This document shows positions 27,501-42,900 of a stretch of 64,000 nt of DNA, one piece after another. Position 1 is the first letter of the stretch. Each line of letters begins with the position of its first letter. A program made the position numbers and the translations under genes. This DNA comes from the human T2T-CHM13v2.0 reference genome, Homo sapiens: assembly GCF_009914755.1 (NCBI RefSeq), contig NC_060933.1; one strand, 5' to 3'. The notes beneath the pieces are model-generated. The model saw nothing but the letters and a program-made list of their open reading frames with translations, did no database searches and was not told the origin of the DNA.

Positions 27501-30500
27501 TCCATTCCATTCCATTCCATTCCATTCCATTCCAATCGAGTTGATTCCATTCCATTCCATTCCATTCCATTCCACTCCATTCCAGTCCTTTCCATTCCAT
27601 TCCACTCGGGTTGATTCCAATGTATTCCTTTCCATTCCATTCCATTCCATTGCAATCGAGTTGATTCCATTGCTTTGCATTCCATTCCATTCCATTCCAT
27701 TCCGGATGATTCCATTCCATTGCATTCTATTCCATTCCATTCCCCTGTACTCAGGTTGATTCCATTCCATTCCACTCCATTCCGTTCCATTGCATTCCAT
27801 TCCATTGTATTCGGGTTAATTCCATTCCATTCCATTCCATTCCATTCCATTCCATTACAATCGAGTTGATTCCATTCCATTCCATTCCATTCCATTCCAG
27901 TCCTTTCCATTCCATTCCACTCGGGTTGATTCCATTCTATTAGTTTCCATTCCATTCCATTCCCTTCCATTCCACTCTGGTTGATTCCATTCCTTTCCAT
28001 TCCACTCGAATACATTCCCTCCTATTCCACTCGGAACGATTCCATTCCATTCCATTCCATTCCATTCCATTCCATTCCATTCCATTTCGTTCCATTCCAT
28101 TCTATTCCGTATCATTCCATTCCATTCCGTTCCATTCCATTCCATTCCATTCCACTCGTGTTGATTCCATTCCTTTCCATTCCATTCGGTTTGAAGGCAT
28201 TCCATTCCATTCCATTCCATTCCATTCCATTCCATTCCATTCCATTGTACTCGGGTTGATTCAATTCCATTGCATTCCATTCCATTCCATTCCATTCCAT
28301 TCCGTTGCATTCCATTCCATTACATTCGGATTGATTCTATTCAAATCCCTTACTCTCCATTACATTCCATTCCATACGGGTTGTTCCATTCCATTCCATT
28401 CCATTCCACTCCATTCCATTGCACTAGGGTTGATTCCATTCCATTCCATTCCATTCCATTCCGGATGATTCCATTCCATTGCATTCCGTTCCATTACATT
28501 CCCCTGCACTCGCGTTCATTCCATTCCATTCCATTCCATTCAATTCCATTGCATTACAATTCGTTGCATTCCATTCTATTCCGTACCATTCCATTCCATT
28601 CCATACCATTCCATTCCATTCCATTCCATTCCATTCCATTCCATTCCATTGCATTCCATTCCATTCCATTCCATTCCATTCCATTCCATTCCATTCCGTT
28701 CCGTTCCATTCCATTCCATTCCATTCTATTCGGGTTAATTCCATTCCATTCCATTCGATTGCAATCGAGTTGATTCCATTCCATTCCATTCCATTCCATT
28801 CCATTCCTTTCCATTCCATTACGGATGATTCCATTCCATTGCATTCCATTCCATTCCATTCCCCTGTACTCGGGTTGATTCCATTCCATTCCATTCCAAT
28901 CCATGCCATTCCACTCGTGTTGATTCCATTCTTTCCATTCCATTCAAGTTTAATCCATTCCATTGCATTCCATTCAATTTGATTCCATTCGATTGCACTC
29001 GGGTTGATTCCATTCCATTGCATTCCATTCCATTCAATTCCATTCCATTCCATTCCATTCCATTCCATTACATTCCATTCCATTACATTCGGATTGATTC
29101 TATTCAATTCCCTTACACTGCATTACATTCCATTCCATTCGGGTAGTTTCCATTCCATTCCATTCCATTCCTCTCCATTCCATTGCACTCGGGTTGATTC
29201 CATTCCATTGCATTCCATTCCATTCCATTCAATTCCATTCCGTTCCATTCAATTCCATTACATTCGGATTGATTCTATTCAACTCCCTTACTCTCCATTC
29301 CATTCCATTCCATTCAGGTTGTTCCATTCCATTCCATTCCATTCCACTCCATTCCATTGCACTCGGGTTGATTCCATTCCATTCCATTCCATTCCATTCC
29401 ATTCCATTCCATTCCATTACAATCGAGTTGATTCCATTCCATTCCATTACATTCCAGTCCTTTCCATTCCATTCCACTCGGGTTGATTCCATTCTATTAG
29501 TTTCCATTCCATTCCATTGCCTTCCATTCCACTCTGGTTGATTCCATTCCTTTCCATTCCACCCGAATACATTCCCTCCTATTCCACTCGGAACTATTCC
29601 ATTCCATTCCATTCCATTCCATTCCATTCCATTCCATTCCATTGTACTCGGGTTGATTCCATTCCATTGCATTCCATTCCATTCCATTCCATTCCATTCC
29701 ATTCCATTCCATTCCGTTCCATTCCATTACATTCGGATTGATTCTTTTCAACTCCCTTACTCTCCATTACATTCCATTCCATTCGGGTTGTTCCATTCCA
29801 TTCCATTCCATTCCACTCCATTCCATTGCACTCGGGTTGATTCCATTCCATTCCATTGCATTCCATTCCATTCCATTCCATTCCGGAAGATTCCATTCCA
29901 TTGCATTCCATTCCATTCCATTCCCCTGCACTCGCGTTGATTCCATTCCATTCCATTCTATTCCATTCCATTCCCTTCCTTTCCGTTCCATTCCATTCCA
30001 TTCCATTCCGTTCCGTTCCATTCCATTCCATTCCATTCTATTCGGGTTAATTCCATTCCATTCCATTCGATTGCAATCGAGTTGATTCCATTCCATTCCA
30101 TTCCATTCCATTCCATTCCATTCCGTTCCGTTCCGTTCCGTTCCGTTCCGTTCCATTCCATTCCATTCCATTCCGTTCCGTTCCGTTCCATTCCATTCCA
30201 TTCCATTCCATTCTATTTGGGTTAATTCCATTCCATTCCATTCGATTGCAATCGTGTTGATTCCATTCCATTCCATTCCATTCCATTGCATTCCATTCCA
30301 TTCCTTTCCATTCCATTACGGATGATTCCATTCCATTGCATTGCATTCCATTCCATTCCCCTGTACTCGGGTTGATTCCATTCCATTGCATTCCAATCCA
30401 TGCCCTTCCACTCGTGTTGATTCCATTCTTTCCATTCCATTCAAGTTGAATCCATTCCATTGCATTCCATTCCATTCGATTCCATTCGGTTGCACTCGGG

Positions 30501-33500
30501 TTGATTCCATTCCATTGCATTCCATTCCATTCCATTCCATTCCATTCCATTCCATTCCATTCCATTCCGTTCCTTTCCATTCCATTACATTCGGATTGAT
30601 TCTATTCAATTCCCTTACACTCCATTACATTCCATTCCATTCGGGTAGTTTCCATTCCATTCCTCTCCATTCCATTGCACTCGGGTTGATTCCATTCCAT
30701 TGCATTCCATTCCATTCCATTCAATTCCATTCCATTCCATTCCATTCCATTCCATTACATTCGGATTGATTCTATTCAACTCCCTTAGTCTCCATTACTT
30801 TCCATTCCATTCGGGTTGTTCCATTCCATTCCATTCCATTCCACTCCATTCCATTACACTCGGGTTTATTCCATTCCATTCCATTCCATTCCATTCAATT
30901 CCATTCCATTCCGGAAGATTCCATTCCATTGCATTCCATTCCATTCCATTCCCCTGCACTCGCGTTGATTCCATTCCATTCCATTCCATTCCATTCCATT
31001 CCATTCCATTCCTTTCCGTTCCATTCCATTCCATTCCATTCCATTCCTTTCCATTCCAGTCTTTTCCATTCCATTCCACTCGGGTTGATTCCATTCTATT
31101 AGTTTCCATTCCATTCCATTCCCTTCCATTCCACTCTGGTTGATTCCATTCCTTTCCATTCCATTCGAATACATTCCCTCCTATTCCACTCGGAACGATT
31201 CCATTCCATTCCATTCCATTCCATTCCATTCCATTCCATTCCATTCCATTTCGTTCCATTCCATTCTATTCCGTATCGTTCCATTCCATTCCATTCCATT
31301 CCATTCCATTCCATTCCATTCCACTCGTGTTGATTCCATTCCTTTCCATTCCATTCGGTTTGAAGGCATTCCTTTCCATTCCATTCCATTCCATTCCATT
31401 CCATTGTACTCGGGTTGATTCCATTCCATTGCATTCCATTCCATTCCATTCCATTCCGTTGCATTCCATTCCATTACTTTCGGATTGATTCTATTCAACT
31501 CCCTTACTCTCCATTACATTCCATTCCATTTGGGTTGTTCCATTCCATTCCATTCCATTCCACTCCATTCCATTGCACTCGGGTTGATTCCATTCTATTC
31601 CATTCCATTCCATTCCATTCCGGATGATTCCATTCCATTGCATTCCGTTCCATTACATTCCCCTGCACTCGCGTTGATTCCATTCCATTCCATTCCATTC
31701 CATTCCATTCAATTCCATTCCATTACAATTCGTTCCATTCCATTCTATTCCGTACCATTCCATTCCATTCCATACCATTCCATTCCATTCCATTCCATTG
31801 CATTCCGTTCCTTTCCGTTCCATTCCATTCCATTCCATTCTATTCGGGTCCATTCCATTCCATTCCATTCCATTCCATTCCATTCTATTCCAATCCATTG
31901 CAGTCGAGTTGAATCAATTGCATTTCATTCCATTCCATTCCATTCCATTCCATTCCGGAAGATTCCATTCCATTGCATTCCATTCCATTCCATTCCCCTG
32001 CACTCGCGTTGATTCCATTCCATTCCATTCCATTCCATTCCATCCATTCCGTTCCGTTCCGTTCCATTCCATTCCATTCCATTCCATTCCATTCCATTCC
32101 ATTCCGTTCCGTTCCATTCCATTCCATTCCATTCTATTCGGGTTAATTCCATTCCATTCCATTCGATTGCAATCGAGTTGATTCCATTCCATTCCATTCC
32201 ATTCCATTCCATTCCTTTCCATTCCATTACGGATGATTCCATTCCATTGCATTTCATTCCATTCCATTCCCCTGTACTCGGGTTGATCCATTCCATTCCA
32301 TTCCAATCCATGCCATTCCACTCGTGTTGATTCCATTCTTTCCATTCCATTCAAGTTGAATCCATTCCATTGCATTCCATTCCATTCCATTCACCTGCAG
32401 TCGGGTTGATTCAATTCCATTCCATTCCATTCCATTCCATTCCATTCCGTTCCGTTCCATTCCATTCCATTCCTCTCTATTCGGGTTAATTCCATTCCAT
32501 TCCATTCGATTGCAATCGAGTTGATTCCATTCCATTGCATTCCATTCCATTCCATTCCTTTCCATTCCATTACGGATGATTCCTTTCCATTGCATTCCAT
32601 TCCATTCCATTCCACTGTACTCGGCTTGATTGCATTCCATTCTATTCCAATCCATGCCATTCCACTCGTGTTGATTCCATTCTTTGCATTCCATTGAAGT
32701 TGAATCCATTCCATTGCATTCCATTCCATTCGATTCCATTCGATTGCACTCGGATTGATTCCATTCCATTTCATTCCATTCCATTCCATTCCATTCCATT
32801 CGGATTGATTCTATTCAATTCCCTTACACTCCAATATATTCCATTCCATTCCATTCGGGTAGTTTCCATTCCATTCCATTCCATTCCTCTCCATTCCATT
32901 GAACTCGGGTTGATTCCATTCCATTCCATTCCATTCCATTACATTCCATTCCATTCCATTCCGTTCCATTGTACTCGGGTTGATTCCATTCCATTGCATT
33001 CCATTCCATTCCATTCCATTCCATTCCATTCCATTCCATTCCGTTCCATTCCATTCCATTACATTCGGATTGATTCTTTTCAACTCCCTTACTCTCCATT
33101 ACATTCCATTATATTCGTGTTGTTCCATTCCATTCCATTCCATTCCACTCCATTCCATTGCACTCGGGTTGATTCCATTCCATTCCATTCCATTCCGGAT
33201 GATTCCATTCCATTGCATTCCGTTCCATTACATTCCCCTGCACTCGGGTTGATTCCATTCCATTCCATTCCATTCCATTCGATTCCATTCCATTCCCCTG
33301 CACTCGCGTTGATTCCATTCCATTCCATTCCATTCCATTCAATTCCATTCCATTCCTTTCCATTCCAGTCCTTTCCATTCCATTCCACTCGGGTTGATTC
33401 CATTCTATTAGTTTCCATTCCATTCCATTCGCTTCCATTCCACTCTGGTTGATTCCATTCCTTTCCATTCCACTCGAATACATTCCCTCCTATTCCACTC

Positions 33501-36500
33501 GGAACGATTCCATTCCATTGCATAACATTCCATTCCATTCCATTTCGTCGCATTCCATTCTATTCCGTATCATTCCATTCCATTCCATTCCATTCCATTC
33601 CATTCCATTCCATTCCACTCGTGTTGATTCCATTCCTTTCCATTCCATTCGGTTTAAAGGCATTCCATTCCATTCCATTCCATTCCATTCCATTCCATTC
33701 CATTCCATTCCATTCCATTCCTTTCCATTGTACTCGGGTTGATTCAATTCCATTGCATTCCATTCCATTCCATTCCATTCCATTCCGTTGCATTCCATTC
33801 CATTACATTCGGATTGATTCTATTCAACTCCCTTACTCTCCATTACATTACATTCCATTCGGGTTGTTCCATTCCATTCCATTCCATTCCACTCCATTCT
33901 ATTGCACTCGGGTTGATTCCATTCCATTCCATTCCATTCCATTCCATTCCATTCCGGATGATTCCATTCCATTGCATTCCGTTCCATTACATTCCCCTGC
34001 ACTCGCGTTGATTCCATTCCATTCCATTCCATTCCATTCAATTCCATTCCATTACAATTCCTTCCATTCCATTCTATTCCGTACCATTCCATTCCATTCC
34101 ATACCATTCCATTGCATTCCATTCCATTCCATTCCGTTCCATTTCGCTCCATTGCATTCCATTCCATTCTATTCGGGTTAATTCCATTCCATTCCATTCC
34201 ATTCTATTCCATTCCATTTCAATCGAGTTGAATCCATTGCATTTCATTCCATTCCATTCCATTCCATTCCATTCCGGAAGATTCCATTCCATTGCATTCC
34301 ATTCCATTCCATTCCCCTGCACTCGGGTTGATTCCATTCCATTCCATTCCATTCCATTCCGTTCCGTTCCGTTCCGTTCCGTTCCATTCCATTCCATTCC
34401 ATTCCGTTCCGTTCCATTCCATTCCATTCCATTCTATTCGGGTAAATTCCATTCCATTCCATTCGATTGCAATCGAGTTGATTCCATTCCATTCCATTCC
34501 ATTCCATTCCATTCCATTCCATTCCTTTCCATTCCATTACGGATGATTCCATTCCATTGCATTCCATTCCATTCCATTCCCCTGTACTCCGGTTGATTCC
34601 ATTCCATTCCATTCCAATCCATGCCATTCCACTCGTGTTGATTCCATTCTTTCCATTCCATTCAAGTTGAATCCATTCCATTGCATTCCATTCCATTCGA
34701 TTCCATTCGATTGCACTCCGGTTGATTCCATTCCATTGCATTCCATTCCATTCCATTCCATTCCATTCCATTCCATTCCGTTCCATTCCATTCCATTACA
34801 TTCGGATTGATTCTATTCAATTCCCTTACACTCCATTACATTCCATTCCATTAGGGTAGTTTCCATTCCATTCTATTCCTCTCCATTCCATTGCACTCGG
34901 GTTGATTCCATTCCATTGCATTCCATTCCATTCCATTCAATTCCATTCCGTTCCATTCCATTCCATTACATTCGGATTGATTCTATTCAACTCCCTTACT
35001 CTCCATTAAATTCCATTCCATTCGGGTTGTTCCATTCCATTCCATTCCATTCCACTCCATTCCATTGCACTCGGGTTTATTCCATTCAATTCCCTTCCAT
35101 TCCATTCCATTCCATTCCATTCCATTCCATTCCGGAAGATTCCATTCCATTGCATTCCATTCCATTCCATTCCCCTGCACTCGCGTTGATTCCATTCCAT
35201 TCCATTCCATTCCATTCCATTCCATTCCGTTCCTTTCCATTCCATTCCATTCCTTTCCATTCCATTCCATTCCATTCCATTCCGTTCCGTTCCGTTCCAT
35301 TCCATTCCATTCCATTCTATTCGGGTTAATTCCATTCCATTCCATTCGATTGCAATCGAGTTGATTCCACTCCATTCCATTCCATTCCATTCCATTCCAT
35401 TCCATTCCTTTCCATTCCATTACGGATGATTCCACTCCTTTGCATTCCATTCCATTCCTTTCCCCTGTACTCGGGTTGATTCCATTCCATTCCATTCCAA
35501 TCCATGCCATTCCACTCGTGTTGATTCCATTCTTTCCATTCCATTCAAGTTGAATCCATTCCATTGCTTTCCATTCCATTCCATTCCCCTGCAGTCGGGT
35601 TGATACCATTCCATTCCATTCCATTCCATTCCATTTCATTCCGTTCCGTTCCGTTCCGTTCCATTCCATTCCATTCCATTCCATTCGGGTTAATTCCATT
35701 CCATTCCATTCCATTCCATTCCATTCCATTCCAATCGAGTTGATTCCATTCCATTCCATTCCATTCCATTCCACTCCATTCCAGTCCTTTCCATTCCATT
35801 CCACTCGGGTTGATTCCAATGTATTCCTTTCCATTCCATTCCATTCCATTGCAATCGAGTTGATTCCATTGCTTTGCATTCCATTTCATTCCATTCCATT
35901 CCGGATGATTCCATTGCATTGCATTCCATTCCATTCCATTCCCCTGCACTCGGGTTGATTCCATTCCATTCCACTCCATTCCATTCCATTCCATTCCATT
36001 CCATTCCATTGTATTCGGGTTAATTCCATTCCATTCCATTCCATTCCATTCCATTCCATTACAATCGAGTTGATTCCATTCCATTCCATTCCATTCCATT
36101 CTAGTCCTTCCCATTCCATTTCACTCGGGTTGATTCCATTCTATTAGTTTCCATTCCATTCCATTCCCTTCCATTCCACTCTGCTGATTCCATTCCTTTC
36201 CATTCCTCTCGAATACATTCCCTCCTATTCCACTCGGAACGATTCCATTCCATTCCATTCCATTCCATTCCATTCCATTCGATTCCATTTCGTTCCATTC
36301 CATTCTATTCCGTATCATTCCATTCCATTCCATTCCATTCCATTCCATTCCATTCCACTCGTGTTGATTGCATTCCTTTCCATTCCATTCGGTTTGAAGA
36401 CATTCCATTCCATTCCATTCCATTCCATTCCATTCCATTCCATTCCATTTTACTCGGGTTGATTCTATTCCATTGCATTCCATTCCATTCCATTCCGGAT

Positions 36501-39500
36501 GATTCCATTCCATTGCATTCCATTCCATTCCATTCCCCTGCACTCGGGTTGATTCCATTCCATTCCATTCCATTACATTCCGTTCCATTCCATTCCATTC
36601 CATTCGGATTGATTCTATTCAATTCCCTTACACTCCATTACATTCCATTCCATTCGGGTAGTTTCCATTCCATTCCATTCCATTCCTCTCCATTCCATTG
36701 CACTCGGGTTGATTCCATTCCATTCCATTCCATTCCATTCCATTCCATTCCATTCCATTCCGTTCCATTGTACTCGGGTTGATTCCATTCCATTGCATTC
36801 CATTCCATTCCATTCCATTCCATTCCATTCCATTCCATTCCATTCCATTCCGTTCCATTCCATTACATTCGGATTGATTGTATTCAAGTCCCTTACTCTC
36901 CATTACATTCCATTCCATTCGGGTTTTTCCATTCCATTCCATTCCATTCCACTCCATTCCTTTGCACTCGGGTTGTTTCCATTCCATTCCATTCGATTCC
37001 ATTCCATTCCAATTCATTCCATTCCATTCTATTCCGTACCATTCCATTCCATTCCGTACAATTCCATTCCATTCCATTCCACTCCGTTCCGTTCCGTTCC
37101 GTTCCGTTCCGTTCCATTCCATTCCATTCCATTCTATTCGGTTTAATTCCATTCCATTCCATTCCATTCCATTCCATACAATTCCATTCCATTCCATTCC
37201 ATTCCGTTCCTTTCCGTTCCGTTCCGTTCCATTCCGTTCCGTTCCATTCCATTCCATTCCATTCTATTTGGGTTAATTGCATTCCATTCCATTCGATTGC
37301 AATCGAGTTGATTCCATTCCATTCCATTCCATTCCGTTCCGGATGATTCCATTCTATTGCATTCCATTCCATTCCATTCCCCTGCAGTCGGGTTGATTCC
37401 ATTCCATTCCATTCCATTCCATTCCGTTCCATTCCATTCCATTCCATTCTATTCGGGTTAATTCCATTCCATTCCTTTCCATTCCATTCCATTCCATTCC
37501 AATCGAGTTGATTCCATTCCATTCCATTCCATTCCATTCCACTCCATTCCAGTCCTTTCCATTCCATTACACTCGGGTTGATTCCATTCTATTCCTTTCC
37601 ATTCCATTCCATTCCATTGCAATCGAGTTGATTCCATTGCTTTGCATTCCATTCCATTCCATTCCATTCCGGATGATTCCATTCCATTGCATTCCATTCC
37701 ATTCCATTCCCCTGCACTCGGGTTGATTCCATTCCATTCCACTCCATTCCGTTCCATTCTAGTCCATTCCATTGTATTCGGGTTAATTCCATTCCATTCC
37801 ATTCCATTCCATTCCATTACAATGTAGTTGATTCCATTCAATTCCATTCCATTCCATTCCATTCCAGTCCTTTCCATTCCATTCCACTCGGGTTGATTCC
37901 ATTCTATTAGTTTCCATTCCATTCCATTCCCTTCCATTCCAATCTGGTTGATTCCATTCCTTTCCATTCCACTCGAATACATTCCCTCCTATTCCACTCA
38001 GAACGATTCCATTCCATTCCATTCCATTCCATTCCATTCCAGTTCGTTCCATTCCATTCTATTCCGTACCATTCTATTCCATTTCATTCCTTTCCATTCC
38101 ATTCCATTCCACTCGTGGTGATTCCATTCCTTTCCATTCCATTCGGTTTGAAGGCATTCCATTCCATTCAACTCCATTCCATTCCATTCCATTCCATTCC
38201 ATTCCATTCCATTCCATTCCATTGTACTCGAGTTGATTCCATTCCATTACATTCAATTCCATTCCATTCCATTCCATTGTACTCGAGTTGATTCCATTCC
38301 ATTGCATTCCATTCCATTCCATTCCATTCCATTCCGTTGCATTCCATTCCATTACATTCGGATTGATTCTATTCAACTCCCTTACTCTCCATTACATTCC
38401 ATTCCATTCGGGTTGTTCCATTCCATTCCATTCCATTCCACTCCATTCCATTGCACTCGGGTTGATTCCATTCCATTCCATTCCATTCCATTCCGGATGA
38501 TTCCATTCCATTGCATTCCGTTCCATTACATTTCCCTGCACTCGCGTTGATTCCATTCCATTCCATTCCATTCCATTCCATTCCATTCCATTCAATTCCA
38601 TTCCATTGCAATTCGTTCCATTCCATTCTATTCCGTACCATTCCATTCCATTCCATACCATTCCATTCCATTCCGTTCCATTCTTTTCCTTTCCATTCCA
38701 TTCCATTCTATTCGGATTAATTCCATTCCATTCCATTCCATTCCATTCTATTCCATTCCATTGCAATCGAGTTGAATCCATTGCATTTCATTCCATTCCA
38801 TTCCATTCCATTCCATTCCATTCCGGAAGATTCCATTCCATTGCATTCCATTCCATACCATTCCCCTGCACTCGCGTTGATTCCATTCCATTCCATTCCA
38901 TTCCATTCCATTCTGTTCCGTTCAATTCCATTCCATTCCATTCCATTCCATTCCATTCCGTTCCGTTCCATTCCATTCCATTCCATTCTATTCGGGTTAA
39001 TTCCATTCCATTCCATTCGATTGCAATCGAGTTGATTCCATTCCATTCCATTCCATTCCATTCCATTCCATTCCTTTCCATTCCATTACGGATGATTCCA
39101 TTCCATTGCATTCCATTCCATTCCATTCCCCTGTACTCGGGTTGATTCCATTCCATTCCATTCCAATCCATGCCATTCCACTCGTGTTGATTCCATTCTT
39201 TCCATTCCATTCAAGTTGAATCCATTCCATTGCATTCCATTCCATTCGATTCCATTCAATTGCACTCGGGTTGATTCCATTACATTGCATTCCATTCCAT
39301 TCCATTCCATTCCATTCCATTCCAGTCCGTTCCATTCCATTCCATTACATTCGGATTGATTCTATTCAATTCCCTTACACTCCATTACATTCCATTCCAT
39401 TCGGGTAGTTTCCATTCCATTCCATTCCATTCCTCTCCATTCCATTGCTCTCGGGTTGATTCCATTCCATTGCATTCCATTCCATTCCATTCAATTCCAT

Positions 39501-41499
39501 TCCGTTCCATTCCATTCCATTACATTCGGATTGATTCTATTCAACTCCCTTACTCTCCATTACATTCCGTTCCATTCGGGTTGTTCCATTCCATTCCATT
39601 CCATTCCACTCCATTCCACTGCACTCGGGTTGATTCCATTCCATTCCATTCCATTCCATTCCATTCCGGAAGATTCCATTCCATTGCATTTCATTCCATT
39701 CCATTCCCCTGCACTCACGTTGATTCCATTCCATTCCATTCTATTCCATTCCATTCCTTTCCTTTCCGTTCCATTCCATTCCATTCCATTCCATTCCGTT
39801 CCGTTCCGTTCCATTCCATTCCATTCCATTCTATTTGGGTTAATTCCATTCCATTCCATTCGATTGCAATCGAGTTGATTCTATTCTATTCCATTCCATT
39901 CCATTCCATTCCATTCCATTCCTTTCCATTCCATTACGGATGATTCCATTCCATTGCATTCCATTCCATTCCATTCCCCTGTACTCGGGTTGACTCCATT
40001 CCATTCCATTCCAATCCATGCCATTCTACTCGTGTTGATTCCATTCTTTCCATTCCATTCAAGTTGAATCCATTCCATTGCATTCCATTCCATTCCATAC
40101 CCCTGCAGTCTGGTTGATTCCATTCCATTCCATTCCATTCCATTCCATTCAATTCCTTTCCGTTCCGTTCCGTTCCATTCCATTCCATTCCATTCTATTC
40201 GGGTTAAGTCCATTCCATTCCATTCCATTCCATTCCATTCCATTCCATTCCATTCCAATCGAGTTGATTCCATTCCATTCCATTCCATTCCATTCCACTC
40301 CATTCCAGTCCTTTCCATTCCATTCCACTCGGGTTGATTCCAATGTATTCCTTTCCATTCCATTCCATTCCATTGCAATCGAGTTGATTCCATTGCTTTG
40401 CATTCCATTCCATTCCATTCCATTCCGGATGACTCCATTCCATTGCATTCCATTCCATTGCATTCCCCTGCACTCGGGTTGATTCCATTCCATTCCACTC
40501 CATTCCGTTGCATTCCATTCCATTCCATTGTATTCGGGTTAATTCCATTCCATTCCATTCCATTCCATTCCATTCCATTCCATTCTATTACAATCGAGTT
40601 GATTCCATTCCATTCCACTCCATTCCATTCCAGTCCTTTCCATTCCATTCCACTCGGGTTGATTCCATTCTATTAGTTTCCATTCCATTCCGTTCCCTTC
40701 CATTCCACTCTGGTTGATTCCATTCCTTTCCATTCCACTCGAATACATTCCCTCCTATTCCACTCGGAACGATTCCATTCCATTCCATTCCATTCCATTC
40801 CATTCCATTCCATTTCATTCCATTCCATTTCGTTCCATTACATTCTATTCCGTATCATTCCATTCCATTCCATTCCATTCCATTCCATTCCATTCCATTC
40901 CACTCGTGTTGATTCCATTCCTTTCCATTCCATTCGGTTTGAAGGCATTCCATTCCATTCCATTCCATTCCATTCCATTCCATTCCATTCCATTGTACTC
41001 GGGTTGATTCCATTCCATTGCATTCCATCCCATTCCATTCCATTCCAATCCGTTGCATTCCATTCCATTACATTCGGATTGATTCTATTGAACTCCCTTA
41101 CTCTCCATTACATTCCAATCCATTCGGGTTGTTCCATTCCATTCCATTCCATTCCACTCCATTCCATTGCACTCGGGTTGATTCCATTCCTTTCCATTCC
41201 ATTCCATTCCATTCCGGATGATTCCATTCCATTGCATTCCGTTCCATTACATTCCCCTGCACTCGCGTTGATTCCATTCCATTCTATTCCATTCCATTCC
41301 ATTCCATTCCATTCCATTAGAATTCGTTCCATTCCATTCTATTCCGTACCATTCCATTCCATTCCATACCATTCCATTCTATTCCATTCCATTCCATTCC
41401 ATTTCGTTCCATTCCGTTCCATTCCATTCCATTCCATTCTATTCGGGTTAATTCCATTCCATTCCATTCCATTCCATTCCATTCCATTCCATTCCATTC

Positions 41500-42900
41500 C
41501 ATTTCATTGCAATCGAGTTGATTCCATTGCATTCCATTCCATTCCATTCCAGTCCTTTCCATTCCATTCCACTCGGGTTGATTCCATTCCATTCCATTCC
41601 GTTCCATTCCGGATGACTCCATTCCATTGCATTCCATTCCATTCCATTCCCCTGCACTCGGTTTCATTACATTCCATTCCATTCACTTCCATTCCATTCC
41701 ATTCCATTCCATTCCATTCCATTCCATTCCATTCCATTCCATTCCATTTCAATCGAGTTGATTCCATTCCATTCTATTCCGTACCATTCCATTCCATTCC
41801 ATTCCATTCCATTCCATTCCATTCCATTCCATTTCCTTCCATTCCATTCCATTCCATTCCATTCCATTCCATTGCATTCCATTCCATTGTATTAGGGTTA
41901 ATTCCATTCCATTCCATTCCATTCCATTCCATTCCATGCCATTCCACTCGGGTTGATTCCATTCCTTTCCATTCCATTCGAGTTGAATCCATTCCATTCC
42001 ATTCCATTCCATTCCATTCCATTGCACACAGGTTCATTTCATTCCATTCCATTCCATTCCATTTCGTTCCTTTCCATTCTATTCCATACGATTCCATTCC
42101 ATTCCATTCCATTAGACTCCATTCCATGCCATTCCACTCGGTTTTATTCCATTCGTTTCCATTCCATTCGGGTTGAATCCATTGCATTCCATTCCATTCG
42201 ATTCCATTACATTGCACTCGTGTTGTTTCCATTCCATTCCATTCCATTCTATTGCATTCCATTCCATTCCATTCCATTCCATGCCATTCCACTCGGTTTG
42301 ATTTCATTCCATTCCGTTCCATTCGAGTCGAACCCATTCCATTCCATTCCATTCCATTCCAATCCATTGCACACGGGTTCATTCCATTCCATACCATTCC
42401 ATTCCATTCCATTTCGTTCCATTCCATTCTATTCGGTACCATTCCATTCCATTCCATTCGGTTCCATTCCATTCCATTCCATTCCAATCCATTCCAATCC
42501 ATGCCATTCCACTTGGGTTGATTCCCTTCCTTTCCATTCCATTCGGGTTGAATCCATTCCATTCCATTCCATTCCATTCCATTCCATTCCATTCCTTTCA
42601 ATTCCATTGCACACGGGTTGGTTCCATTCCATTCTTTCCGTTCCATTCCGGATGACTCCATTCCATTGCATTCCATTCCATTCCATTCCCCTGCACTCGG
42701 GTTCATTACCTTCCATTCCATTTACTTCCATTCCATTCCATTCCATTCTATTCGGGTTAATTCCATTCCATTCCATTCCATTCCATTCCATTCCATTCCA
42801 TTCCATTGCAATCGAGTTGATTCCATTCCATTCCATTCAATTCCGGATGATTCCATTCCATTGCCTTCAATTCCATTCCATTCCCCTGCACTCGGGTTGA
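41500..42900 (+). repeat. Divergent HSat3 sub-block with a distinct motif set (first copy; approximate boundaries)
   Basis: Contains motifs I did not see outside this block and its duplicate: ATTCACTTCC, GCACACAGGTTC, CATACGATTCC, ATTAGACTCC, GAGTCGAACCC, CGGTACC and GGGTTGGTTCC. The usual module order is interrupted. Confidence 0.75.

Noticed and set aside
39272-39282. DUX4-like site TGATTCCATTA
   Set aside because: It is an isolated, degenerate match produced by a single substitution and is expected by chance in this repeat.
41500-42900. Possible transposon or foreign insertion
   Set aside because: The block is still built from in-phase ATTCC pentamers. It has no poly-A tail, LTR or terminal inverted repeat, Alu/L1 sequence or clear target-site duplication.
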